Assembly: GCA_964187785.1 (NCBI GenBank)
Contig: OZ076413.1
Location: 47,742,001 to 47,806,000 of the forward strand
Length of the DNA stretch: 64,000 bases
Direction: 5' to 3'
Source of the DNA: Amphiscolops sp. MND2022
Taxonomy: Eukaryota
Part shown: positions 1-12,481 of the stretch, one piece after another
Position numbering within the stretch: the stretch's first letter is position 1
Layout of the letters: each line of letters begins with the position of its first letter
Program-made: the position numbers and the translations under genes
Notes under the pieces: generated by a model
The model's database searches: none
The model's input: the letters and a program-made list of their open reading frames with translations, nothing else
What the model was told of the DNA's origin: nothing

Positions 1-4
1 AACA

Positions 5-889
5 GTGTTTCACGGACGCATCCCGTACAACATCCTAGACATCAAACTGGGACTCAAGCCAGAATGGAAAAAAGAAGCCAACGAAGACCTAACGGACGAA
101 TTACAGAAACAGATAGCTGAGATACATCAATCAGCCAAGGACAACCTTATGCAATCATATTTGAAATATAAGCGATACTATGATAAAAAAGCGACAGCAA
201 CGCCATTGAAAATCAATGACTATTGCTATGTCCTGAATCCGAAGGCTGATAACCAGTCAATGAAATTCGCTTTCAAAGATTGCATTTGGACGGGACCATA
301 TATAGTGGTCAAAGTCCTTTCTAACAACAACTATGTCGTAAGACGAACGGGAACAAGATACACTCAAACCCTCCATAGAATTCGCCTAAAGCTATATGCG
401 CCCAATCAACGAGTACCTGACGTAACCGTCAAAGTGGAAGAACAACTTCCAGATCCAGAGGTTAAAACAACCCACGACGATTGGTACGCGCAAGCTTGGG
501 AAACCGAATTCGGAGAAGTTCTGTTCGGCAACTCATCGGAAAGAGAAAATGAAGAAGCTAACATCACAGAGCTGCCAGCGGAAGACGCAAATACAACGGA
601 GCAAGAAACAGTTATAACAACTGCAGACGAAACTTCAATAGCAGAACAAATTCCCTCCGGAAATGAAACGTCGCTCAACCTAGATGTCAGCGATAACCCT
701 TTCATAATGACCCCACCGCCTATGGAAAGCCCTCCCATACCGCCTACACTCCCGCCTATAGTTGTCGGATACAACCCGAGGAAAGCAGGAAGATACAACT
801 TACGTCCTAACCCTAAACCTAATGCACATCCCGATTTCCGGATGCTTGACGCAGTCACAACAGAAGAAATACCTCAAACTCAATATTGA
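5..889 (+). CDS. pol: C-terminal end of Gypsy Pol (post-catalytic integrase, GPY/F module, acidic/Pro-rich tail); 5'-truncated by window edge
   Basis: FHGRIPYNILD...KRYYDKKA...WTGPYIVVKVLSNNNYVVR...HRIRLKLY matches the typical Gypsy integrase GPY/F region. Confidence 0.85.
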   Translation: MFHGRIPYNILDIKLGLKPEWKKEANEDLTDELQKQIAEIHQSAKDNLMQSYLKYKRYYDKKATATPLKINDYCYVLNPKADNQSMKFAFKDCIWTGPYIVVKVLSNNNYVVRRTGTRYTQTLHRIRLKLYAPNQRVPDVTVKVEEQLPDPEVKTTHDDWYAQAWETEFGEVLFGNSSERENEEANITELPAEDANTTEQETVITTADETSIAEQIPSGNETSLNLDVSDNPFIMTPPPMESPPIPPTLPPIVVGYNPRKAGRYNLRPNPKPNAHPDFRMLDAVTTEEIPQTQY

Positions 890-1062
890 ATGAAAACACT
901 CAACGGGCTAAACCGAACCGGAGTAGCTACGTTAAATTTTTGCATCAGATCTCTAAAACTACGTAAAACAAAAGAAAGCTACACATTAGCCAAAGATACA
1001 ACAGCAGATAAAACAATACACAAAGGAAACTATCCATCGATGAAATAGCATCACAGTTTACA

Positions 1063-4000
1063 TCACTTATTAGAAGGCTTTTTCAATTTATGGACTACGT
1101 CTGGATCTTTATCATTTTTCTTGCTCCCTTTCTTCGGCTTTTTCACTCCTCTGGCACCACCCTTCTGCGGTACTACAGGCACTTCACGTGTCGGCTTAGG
1201 TCTCTTCGCATCAGAAGTGGTTGCAGCACTCTTTCCAACAGATAAACCACAAGAAAGCTTAGATGACCCCGAACGCCCACTCCCAGCATCACTACTAGCA
1301 GTTCTAGTACATTGATCCATACGAGCCAGCCGGTTGGTCTTATTACAATCAACATAATGCGCCTCGTACTCTTTCCGGCGCTGCAACAACAATTTGTGAC
1401 ACGACTCATTGTGGGAAGAAACAAACGAGTCATACGTTGGGCCCACGAAATCCTTCCACAAATTGATCTCACCACACACAAAGAAAACCCCAGCTTCATC
1501 TACAGCGGCTCGAACTGCATCCATAGTCTGACCGGTGAAGAAACGTTGATGACAGTAACCAGGACTTAACACATATGACTGCACCAACTTGATACAATTC
1601 TGCAACGCGTCCTCACGCAGTGAACTACCACTGAGGCTGATAGATACAGATGGATAAACCACATCCAGGGTCTCGATCGTCAAACAACAGAGCTTAAAGA
1701 TACGCATCAAACGCTCTCGAGGCTGAAAACTAAAATCGCCCAACAAATACTCCACTATATCTTTGACACTGCTAGCAGACTGCCCGGAACTACGGTGCTG
1801 ACCCCGCTTCTCAATCACATAACTGCTAAACTCGTCCACAGCACAGCGGGACTCCTCAGCAGTTATCAATTTACACGTCTTCAATAACGGCACAAATCTG
1901 CAAACAAGGCAAATACACCATGGTCGTCGCCTTCGAACAAGATCTCAGGGCAGAAACTGTATAGACAACTTGACACTCCCGATGTCACACTCACACTACC
2001 AACAATCACGACGATCAACCTGTCCAGAAACTGTCGACATCGTGAACGAAACTCTGGCAGCTCTCCGGTCGTTCTAACCATCAAAGTTTTTCCGAAGTCA
2101 TCATTTGCCAAGAAAGCGTCTGGAGCCACTACGGGAAAAGATGAAATCGCCTCAGCCGACATATATTTTTCCCACTCGTGAATGCCCGGAAGAGTTCCAA
2201 CAGCGCGAGTCTTCAGCAAAAGGCAATACACGAAATTACAGAGCTCTCCGTATGAATGAAAACTGTAATCTCTACGGCTCTGTCGCAACTTCGTGAAATT
2301 GTTATAGACTAAAACACAAATGACACTAACCAACTGCTACGACTCCAAGACATACTCACAATTAAACGAAAACGCAAAGGCTACAAGAACAATCCATCAG
2401 GTGAATCTTCAGTCAACACAATCAATCATCACGAATATCAAACGGAACGCAATAGCCCTTACTCACATGTATCAAGTATCAGACGTAAAAGCCCGAGACG
2501 ATGAAAAAACATCTCATCAGCAATGATGTTCCAATCAGTGCCTTTCAGCTAAAAACAACAAAATCACCGCCATCAAAATAACGAAACACACAATACCAAG
2601 AGAATTTATGAATATCCAACTTACTTTATCAGCAGTATCTTTAGCATGAGGAAGCCCGGTACAACGAATATACGGCTTTATCGATGGCCACAGCTCGATC
2701 AACTCGCCCACTAAATCGCGAAGATCTTCAAAAGCCACAACTCCTTTGGTGATACACCGGCGCAAGACAACCTTGTCCTCCGTCCACTCCTCGTACATGG
2801 CACTCTTCATCCGAACCACAATGTATTCGACCAATGTGACCAACTCCACCATCCCGAATACATCCTGATGCGCTTGGCGAAAGCACTGGAGAAAGACATC
2901 GCTGCTGAAAGTGGACACAACCACAAATTGGCGAGTATCGTCCCGGCTTTCACACAGCTCTCGGAATAACAACGGACTACAACCACGGATCGAAATTGGC
3001 AGAGGCCCATCAGTCAAACTACACAGGACCCGAGCAAGAGGAACCAACTCAGCATCAGGGAATTTCTGGTCCAACGGCTGTTGATCCACGCAGATCCTTT
3101 TGAAATTCTCATCCTCCCAGTAGACTACGTAGCAACATTCGAGACCATCGCGCTTTACAAACTCCACACTGTATTCACGTGACAAAGACACATTGCCCAG
3201 AACGGCACGCAATACCCGCGGAGCGAGACCCTGACAAAGGAAGGCCTAAAACACACACCAAATAAGCCAATTTGCTGATACAAACACTAAAGCAGTCAGT
3301 CATACAATCAGAGGAAAGATAAAAACACAAAACAACAGTCTACGAAACAACCATAAACCAGACTAACCACAGTCTCAGAGCGGCTCCAATTCATCGAGAA
3401 TTGGGGCTCCCGGAAGCCCAACGAAGACGTGAAGTGGCCCCAGAGATGTCGCAACAAGACAAAGTCGCCAACCCTGCCAACCAGTTCACAAACACTTGAC
3501 ACTAGGGTCATCAAAGGCACTTTTGAGTTTGGATGTGAATGCTTCAACAAATCCTCAGGGAAAGGAAATTCCACACCAAGATCTTCAAAAGGCCGCGCAC
3601 GATAGTCAGCCAACTGTGTTTCGGTGAGAATCATTGGCTCCAGAATCTTGTTATACACAGGCAGATCCATATGTACCCTGTACGTAACATCACGCCGCCA
3701 ATGTCCAACTGACCCGAAATGACGGATGATCTCGGACACTCCGTGAGCACGTATGGCAACGTCTCGCTTGCACATCCGACAGAAGAAGTACTCATCTGAC
3801 CCACTTTTGGCACCAGTCACGAAGTCATTGAATGTAGGATGTTCGCCAAGCATCCGTCGACTCAGAAGATTCCGCTTACTGTACTTGCGCTTCTTAGGAC
3901 TCAACTTTGCGAACAGATCCCGAAATCCTATAACAACACCATGAAAAATATCAAGTAAAGGCCACCACCATAGAGATAACTAATACTACACAACGCCCGC

Positions 4001-4961
4001 CATACAATAAGAAGAACTTACCACTTTGGATAGCCTCAGAAGTGCGTGTTTCCACCTCGTTCACTAACTGGCGACCCAATGCTACCCAATCCTGCGGCCC
4101 AAACGTAGTACCTCCGGTGTCATCTTGACCTATCAATACACAATCATAAACAATAAGAGAAAAAAAACACCTCTCCCCCATTACACAAATACAAAGGCCA
4201 ACTAACTCAACCACTCCTTCAGATCCGCAGCCAGTTCAACGCCATCAGAACTCTCCTCCACTCTCTTGGCACACGTAGGACTGACTCCAAAGCTAACGGA
4301 CATACCCCGTGATACACCAGTCTTCCCTGCAAACGACACCCAAAGCGTAAAAACCACTCACCACAAAACAAACACCAAGAAAATTATGTCAACCATGTTA
4401 ACCTTTCTTCATCTCCTCCATCACCTCCATGGGACTCAATACTGGAATCATCCCCATCCGAATCATCGTCGGAGTCTCCGGCATCTACTGTAGGCACACT
4501 TTTAGACCCACTAGCCTCACCCTCAGGAGGGAGAACATTTACTGCCGGAGAAGATGCAAGTTCAGCCTGTCCGAGAGTAGACGTTAATATGTCGTTGATA
4601 ACAGCACTGGGAATAACAGGCAAGATAGAGGAAACTGCGGGCAACAATGATCCAGAACAAGACGTCACTACTGCGGTAGTTGCAGAAGCAGCAACAACAG
4701 ACGTTGTACCAGGTTGAGCTACTGAAAATCAGAATCTGGATTCAGACGCGTCAGAGTTACGGGTAGGACTACAAAGGCTGATCACCAAAATAACAAGTCC
4801 CAATACCCATGGAAATCAGAAAGATTTTACCAACCTGAAGTAGCCCGAACAAACTCTATGTCAGACACGCCCAATTCGCACTCAGAATGTCCATAAACCG
4901 TTTCGTTCCCACTGATGAAACCACCAGGTGGAATGGGGGGACGCACACTTTCTTCATCCAT
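1063..4961 (-). CDS. Spliced 9-exon antisense gene (~1060 aa) with a BED/TTF-like zinc finger, probably hAT-transposase-derived; one frameshift near 1885
   Basis: Exons 4961-4835, 4721-4425, 4326-4207, 4129-4022, 3927-3368, 3245-2625, 2548-2467, 2380-2360 and 2308-1063 join in frame via GT-AG introns of ~50-120 nt (exon 2 and 3 donors less certain). Zinc finger FFCRMCKRDVAIRAHGVSEIIRHFGSVGH. Confidence 0.7.
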
Positions 4962-5159
4962 GATTCAACGGCAATCTAAAAATAAAAAGAAACGATCAGG
5001 AAAGAGAAGATTACGCGAGGTGAACGCAAACCCCCTAAAGGAACGAAACGTCCCCAAAATCCTACGGGCGAATCAAAACCTTCAAGGAGATTCTCAAAAG
5101 ACTTAAAGAAAAATCATTTTGAAATTACGGAGTATAAACGTAGTTCCCCTAAAGAAGCA

Positions 5160-5420
5160 TCAATGACGTCATACGGACAATCTCCGGAAAAGAATTGGTG
5201 ACGCCATGATGAAGTTCAAAATTAGAAACTTTATTTATATCGGTTCAGCCAATCACAGCGCAGATGGAAACGAATCGTTTCCGAAGAAAAACGAACCGGA
5301 ATAAAAGGAAAATAACAGCCAATAGGAATGCAGGAAAATTACGAACGAAAAGGAAGTTGACCTTTTCATTTGCCGCATCCCAAACGTGAAGTTAAGTTAG
5401 CTGAAATCTTCAGAATTCAA
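5160..5420. promoter_or_regulatory. Putative bidirectional promoter between the antisense gene and ORF 5423-6151
   Basis: CRE palindrome TGACGTCA (~5164) and two AGCCAAT boxes (~5246, ~5317) between divergent ATGs at 4961(-) and 5423(+). Confidence 0.45.
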
Positions 5421-5422
5421 AA

Positions 5423-6151
5423 ATGAGCAATTACGAACTCGTAATTGATATCTCTTCTGATGAAGAAGAAAACGAAGTCAGGCAAAGCACACCCATCAAA
5501 ACCCTCCCACTAAATGGGATCACAGTTCTGAACCTCTCCGAAGCCTCCTTAGAAGCTACAAAAGGCAGCGCAGAAGAGATGATGGACTCTATCAATAGTC
5601 TAAATTTATCCGGCATCTCAGCGTCTACATTTGAGACTATCGGTTCACCGAGAAAAATAAACTTCGGCACTACAAGCCCTGGCGAAGCTTTCATAGTGGA
5701 AGGGCATAGTACTGAAACGTCTGAAGAAAGCTACTTTGAAGAGCCGGATACTCCCCGTCAACTACCGCCGCTGCAGCCCGCCCCAGTATTACGAGACGTG
5801 TCTAACAAAGAGCTTCAGTACAATGGACCGCCTGCAAAAGCCGACAAACTCGACGACTTGATGGAGCCAGCAGTAGAAGAAATCGAAAACGCATACGGCA
5901 TAGATCTACAAAGCAGTCTAGAATACAGCCCGTTGTGCGGACGTGGGACGAGATTCACCTCAGCCAGGCTGGCAAGGACGCGGAAGCAACCCGTGCTCAT
6001 CACGAGGGAGATTCCTCATTGCCCCAGACCGTGGGAAACAGGCTATAGAGGCGCCCTGTCACGACCCGCTCCCGGTCGGGATTTCACCTGCTGTGGGGGA
6101 ATACCCAAATTCGCTAGAGGGAGAGGTCACGGAAGACCAGCGGGACACTAA
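5423..6151 (+). CDS. 242-aa acidic, probably disordered accessory ORF with an N-terminal SUMO-interacting-like motif
   Basis: ATG in good context (aaaaATGag). LVIDISSDEEENE at the N-terminus, basic/Gly tail ARGRGHGRP. Overlaps the putative LTR start. Confidence 0.55.
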   Translation: MSNYELVIDISSDEEENEVRQSTPIKTLPLNGITVLNLSEASLEATKGSAEEMMDSINSLNLSGISASTFETIGSPRKINFGTTSPGEAFIVEGHSTETSEESYFEEPDTPRQLPPLQPAPVLRDVSNKELQYNGPPAKADKLDDLMEPAVEEIENAYGIDLQSSLEYSPLCGRGTRFTSARLARTRKQPVLITREIPHCPRPWETGYRGALSRPAPGRDFTCCGGIPKFARGRGHGRPAGH

Positions 6152-8213
6152 AGTAATAAACACTTTTAAATCTTACCTTTATCTAAACCGCAGCACGAGT
6201 TAAGTTGAGCGGAAATGTAACGTAAAATATTCAAAAATGATTTCTGACAAATAGAATTTCCGGTCCAATGTTTTCACATGCAACAGTTTAAATTACTTCC
6301 GGTTTTAACTGTTGAAAATTCCATGACAATCTAAATACTAAAGATGAAAACATTCTTAACATTGGGATCAATTTTTCTCCTTTCCACACTAAAAAGAAAA
6401 CATTAAAACATTATCTAATTCCGTGATCCCAACGGAACGCATACAATCTAAAATGAAAAGAACATAGAAACAGTTAAGAAGATTTGTTTTCAGAGTTTGA
6501 AGTAGTTGTAAAAAGCCACTCAAAATACAGTAAAGTAATTTGAATAAACCTTTACAACGTTATGACAGCGTCACTCAAATATCTAAGTTGCTGGTATTTC
6601 TAACTTACGGACCAATAGCGTTGTAGCTAATACCAGCAAATTTGCGCTCAAGCTAGTTAGAACCATTCCTAATGACGTCATTAAGAATGAATTTAAAGAT
6701 GGCGAATTACTCCGAGCTTGCTCCGCTAGCAGCTAAGAAAGCTATACTCAATCTTAATATGTACGGAGTGCTTACGGAACAAATTGTAAGCCGAGAAAAT
6801 TATAGCCAATCTTAATACGTAGGGAGCATTTACGGAGCGTTTACGGAGTGAATTGTAATAGGTGAAGTTATACCTAATGTTAATACATGTAAGACAAGCG
6901 TGGAAAATTCTAAAACTCAGAAGCTATCCAAATACATTAGGATGTTCCTGAGGTCATGTAGAATTATTCTGAGATATTTAAATTATCATAAGGTTTTACT
7001 TTTTCCACCCGGATTCTCCCCGTTTAGTGATTAGATTAGAATGTTCGTGCTGTTAGTTAAGATAAAGGTAAATCACTTAATGAAGGAGCTTTGTATTATA
7101 TTTTCGCAAAAGGAGTCACCTAATTTTGCTACGTTGGTATAACGTTACTGGATGTAATGCAATATTTTGTTATTTTGATTATTCGCTATAAAATCGAATC
7201 ATGTAAAATATTGTTAGATGTTTCTGTCATGTTGCCAGATATTCTTGATTCTTCAATAATCAGAATTCTTGTTTATGTTTATCACCTTTTCAGCATCACT
7301 TGTTCCTTGTCAAATATCTCACTTCATTAATCCGAAATTAGTCCGAGATATTTCCGTAGCAAATTTTGCTTGTCATCATTTTTATAGCGAGTTGAAAAAT
7401 TCATCGCACGCAAACTGAATCATCGTTCACGCCAGCGTGCCTCTTGCGATGAAAATCTAACTAGACTTTTATTTTGCCGCCTTTTCCGTGATTAAACCGG
7501 AAACGGGACAACTGAACAAAAATGATTTCAACAAGTACTCCGTAAGATTGCCGTAACTAGGAATTTTAAATTATGAACAATTAATTGAAAGGCTGAAATG
7601 ATATGAATGATTAAGCATTTTTTATGAACAAAACGGATTTTAGGGATTTCTAGGAATTTTTAGGTGAGGAACAAATGATGCTGAGAGGGTATATATAGTT
7701 AGAAATCTCATGTAAAAATCAATCAACCCTTTTGTTTCACTGCGATCAATTTTGTTCCGTTATAATAACGAAAACTCATTCTTCGACGAATTCAAATATT
7801 TTCCGAAGACCTTGTTCTTGAACTCTGAAAAATGACTACTAGAAGCCAAAAGAGAAAAGCAGCTGAAGAGCTTATTTCAACTGAAATAGAAACTCCTCTA
7901 CCCGAAAATACTACGGGCGAAAATCCTATAGTAGGTACAAGCAAATCTCCTAAAGTCACTACTGACAGTTTAGAGAATATAAAATCTGTGCTGAGAAAAG
8001 AAATCATGTCTGACCTCACTAAGATCTTAGCTGAAAACCAGAAGGAGACGCTAAAACTGATAGCCCCGACCGTTAGAAAACAGACCGTATTAAGATCAAC
8101 AGAGGATTCAGACTCTGACTCCGAGAACATTCCGGAAAACGCGACCTCAACCCCAATTAAAAGCAAAACCAATGCGACTAGCTCTAAAATAACGCCGAAC
8201 AATAGTCGTAACA
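6057..8213 (+). repeat. Putative 3' LTR of element A (~2.16 kb)
   Basis: Begins TGTCACGAC and ends GTCGTAACA (8/9 inverted match). Contains imperfect tandem repeats at ~6740-6890 and TATATATA at ~7691. No clean polypurine tract precedes 6057. Confidence 0.5.
7832..8213 (+). CDS. ORF initiating inside the LTR and open to the LTR end (probable Gag N-terminus)
   Basis: MTTRSQKRKAAEEL... with coiled-coil-like SLENIKSVLRKEIMSDLTKILAENQKE. Open to ...NNSRN at the TAACA end; the continuation to 8338 is flanking DNA. Confidence 0.5.
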
Positions 8214-9522
8214 AGATTTTCAAATTAAATTGCAGTAGTGGAAAATGCAGTGTAATTTTACAAAATTTACCCCGGAACCTTACTGAATTTTCAAGGTTTT
8301 ATAAGAAAAATTACCCTGCATGCAGGCCTGCAGCATGAAAAAGTTCCAACAGTCTCAACTAGGGACTGTTCAAGAACAACAAAGCGATAAACTCTGGGAC
8401 AAAAAAAAACAGATTTCCGCCACAGAAATAAACTATTTTTGATTAATTTTCAAAAGTGCAGAGTGACGGAAAACCTGAATAGTGAATTTCAAGCTCGCGC
8501 GACGTTCTTTCAGAAGTTCTCACTCGCCACAAAGAAATTAGTGACAATCTCAATGCCAAGTTGAAAACACTTTGCAGCTCTGCACCAGCGCTTCTGGTAC
8601 GCATATCAAACTTGAGTACCAAAAGTAACAAACGTGGGTTTTAAGGTTTTGAGTTGGATGCATCGTTTAGACATGTTAGGATGCACCATAAATTTTGCAA
8701 ACTCATGCTAGGAAGGCTTGACAACCTACAAAACCACAAAATTTGAGCAATTTCGAGATTCGACATCTTTGTTTGGGATAGAGTTAGAGTACCGTGTTTC
8801 GTACCTTGGACTGATTGACCTCGCGTATACGGTAAGTTCTCATTTCCTATATCTTTCTCCAATTTCACACTCATTGTCTAATTCTGACATTTGGTCATTT
8901 GTTCTATCAATCAACCCTTTTACCCAAACTTTAAACTCGTTTTCGCTCTGGGTAGGATCATTTGAAAATAATGCTGTCTAACTTACTAAACATTTTCGAA
9001 AGTGAAAAGATTAGCGAGAACAAGTCCGGTATTTTGTGATCAAACAACTTCAGGCGCGCTGCTTTTCCTGTCTCGTGAGGGTGGCTGTTTTTTTCTAGAT
9101 ATCTCGCTTCTTTTGTTTCTCGTTCTTGGGAGAAAAAAAGAAATTTTGTGGGTTGAAGGATTTCACTTGGAGCTAAGAAACAAGAATTAATGTTGAAAGT
9201 TTATAGTTGAAAAACCAAAGTCCATACTCAAGAATGGTCGGGTCGAAATGATAGAAGAAAAAAGAACAGAGGAAGTTCTAGAGTATTTTGATATGCCGGA
9301 TTTTGAATCTGGTTTCTGTTGTAAGCAGTTTATTAATTAATGAGAACGGCTTTCTCATACTCTTTTTTGGTGCTTATTTGTAGTATCTTGACATTCAGAT
9401 TGCTAGAGAGCATAATCACGTCTTTCACTAGTCGAACCTGTCGGAAAGTTTTCCATGTTGCATCCATGCATTTATTCTAAATTTTTGATAAACATAAAAA
9501 TACTGAAAGTACGCGTGGAGAA

Positions 9523-10955
9523 GTTTTGTAGGATTACGAAGCAGGTTCCACTATTTCAATCAAAACTGAAAACAAATTCACTTCTTCACCGCCGCGATCA
9601 CTTTGTTTTCACGCGTAAGTTTCTCAATGTAAGTACCTTATGTAATCACCGATTGTCAAATAGCACGCTGAATATGACGCTACTTTAAAACTTATAACGT
9701 GACTGAAGTTTATTTGCATTAAAATCGCGGTAAAATTATTGAGGCCACAGCTGCTTTCAAAATTAGGAAGGAATCTTAATGAAACCTGCAAAACCTCGTG
9801 TCTCGGAATTGCCGCCAAATTTAAGATGCATTTTGTAGGCAGCTTGATAAAAGTAAATTGAATCAGTGAATTTTTAAGGCATGGAAGACTCCTTAAGAAG
9901 TTTATGAAATCATGAAAAATTAGCTTGGTAACCTACAAAAACTTGTAACCGATTGAGCAGTTTCAACCAGGGTTGTTGCGTACTGTTATTGTCGTTATCG
10001 CTAACAAGACGGGGACGTCTCAAGTCGGCGCTATACTTGAGGCTCAAATTTCTCAGAGTTTTTGAAATAGGCTCAAGACGTTATGAAAAACTCACAAAAA
10101 GTTCCGAAACACCGAAAAGGTGGATATTACGTCAAAGTTTCTGATGATATTGAAATAAAAATCAGTGGATACATATTGAAAAAACCTAATGTCAGACGAA
10201 ATGTTGAACAGTCTCATAGTGCCAAAAATTGTAAAAGGGGAACGCTTTGGGGTTTGAACATCCATTGTGTTGCAAAATATCAAAAAATAAGGCTGCTGTG
10301 TCGTGCAAACGGTACAATGCCGCATAACAGTCTAAATACATTTGTTGTTCCTTTTGGTTGGTACATTTTATGTTTAAGACATGTTCTGTCTGAATTACAG
10401 ACCAACTATGTAATTTTTGCGCTTGTTTAATTGGGTTCGTATGAATTTTTATACATGAGCTGCTGCTTTAAAACAATCAACCCAACGTTAGATATTTTCA
10501 GCCCTAGTCGAGATTGCTTGAACTTTTTGAATGATGCATGGAAACATGCAGGCTATTTTTTTGTACAAAACATGGAGAATTCCGGGAGCCTGCATGGAAA
10601 CATTTTGTAGGATTACAATGCAGCCTCCACTATTTTCCAAGTAAGGACCTTATGTAATCACCGTTAATCAAATAGCACGCTGAATATGACGCTACTTTGA
10701 AACTTATAATGTGACTGAAGCTTATTTGCATTAAAATGCAATGAAGATCTCAGCTGCTCTAAAAATTAGAACAGCTTCTTAACGAAATCTGCAAAACTTG
10801 CGGCGCAGAATTGCCGCCAAATTTAGGATGGCGGCTTGATAAAATTAAATCGAATCAGTGCATGGACGTTTCTTTGAGAATTTTAAAAAACATGGAAAAT
10901 TAGCTTGGTAACCTACAAAAAATGTAAAAAAAAGTTCAAGCAGTTTCAACCAGGG
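9523..10955 (+). repeat. Diverged direct repeat pair (~9523-9973 and ~10603-10953)
   Basis: Shared blocks TTTTGTAGGATTAC, ACCTTATGTAATCACCG, CAAATAGCACGCTGAATATGACGCTACTTT, AAAATTAGCTTGGTAACCTACAAAA and AGCAGTTTCAACCAGGG. Confidence 0.8.
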
Positions 10956-11400
10956 AGTTCACGTTACAAAACTCCAGTTTACGCACGTGCCCTTGTGTGG
11001 TGCCTCTCGGTAGCAAAGGTACAGTTGTGATCATCGATGTTGTCGAGAGCCATAGGACACTTGAACAGGTTACACTAGAGCCAATGTTTTTCTCCAACTT
11101 TTCCTATAGTGCTGTTCAGCTATTCGAGTACAATCACCTTTTCTCCTCTATTGGAATCTGTGGCAGCTTTCTAGGAACCTGATTACACTTTGGTTTCTCT
11201 CAAAACGTCACTTTTTTGGACAGAATGGGACAATGTTGATCTTTTGCGATATTTTTGTTTCCTATTATATGTCCAAGAATGTTCAAAAAAAGTTTGTTAT
11301 GCTTCATGCATACAAAAAACATGCCTCGTAATTTTCTCTTGAAAGATATAATAGATACATTGGGGTACCAATAAGCTAAAATACTTAAGTATTTTAGCTT

Positions 11401-11514
11401 ATTTTTTTTGTAAAATGAATTTATCAAAAGATTGAGCCTAAAAATTTTTCGTCCTAATTAGGACGAAAAATTTTTAGGCTCAATCTTTTGATAAATTCAT
11501 TTTACAAAAAAAAT
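11401..11514. repeat. Perfect 114-bp palindrome without spacer
   Basis: 57-bp arms centred on ...GTCCTAA|TTAGGAC... (11457/11458). Confidence 0.95.
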
Positions 11515-12481
11515 CTCAGGCGCAAAGTCTCTTCAATTTTGATCAGAATGACATTTTTTCGGGGTCGAATCAAATTTCAGAATACTATATGGTAGTTTGA
11601 GAAGTTTTAGAAATTTCCGGTATTTTTTACGCAATATCTCAAAACCTACTAGTCCGGAGAAACTCTTACGATCATTTTTGTAACCTCGACACCGTTCTTT
11701 AAATTTTACGCACTTTTCTGAAAATGTTTTCTCGAAAAATTAACAGAGAAAAACAATTAAAAATCCTTCAGAACAATAATCCAACGGAGTAAAAACTGAA
11801 AGAAGAGATCATTTTGCGTTTTGAAATTTCAGGAGGGCGTTTTCAGAAAAGGGTTGAAGTTAAAAGTATAAGTTTTATAATTTGTTTGATTTTTTTAAAA
11901 ATCCTACGTAATTCTGATTGAAATTTGAGAGATCAAACATCTTTGTAAGATGATTCACGAATTTCGTTATTCAGTTTGCTTCTAGCAGTGTTCTTTGGTA
12001 GCTTGGATCATTGGATCACCATTTCTTACCATTATACTGTTCCAGACGCCCCTAAAGGGAAATTTGACAAAACAATTTCTCCATAAAACAATTTCTTCAG
12101 AAAACAATTTCTCTTTTGTGGAAGCAGCGAAGAATGAGCTATGTTTTGAAAGGTCGTTCATAGTTGTTTTGTAATGTGAGTCACTCAAATTGGAAGCATT
12201 TTCAGACTCTCTAATCAATGCATGGAATGAAGGAGACGTTTCGGGAAAAACTAGCTGAAATATATCACCCTTAAGTAAGTATCGTGAATCTATGTGAATC
12301 TTTAGATTGTTTTCTTTTGCTCCTTTGAATATATTATACGCGATTAAGTTAATTCAAGGTTCTTGATAGATATCAACTGGTTACAAAAATAGATCTTTTG
12401 TTGATGAACCGTTCTCTTTTTGCTCCTTTATATCAGTTCGAGTTGCTAGGGTCTTTCAGCTCCTTCGAATTCGATTCACAC

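Larger units (their letters stand above)
1..8213 (+). mobile_element. 3' portion of Ty3/Gypsy LTR retrotransposon A (end of pol, accessory region, putative 3' LTR)
   Basis: Integrase C-terminal ORF at 5-889, and a TG...CA block with inverted termini at 6057-8213. The 5' LTR is outside the window, so boundaries cannot be confirmed by LTR pairing. Confidence 0.7.
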
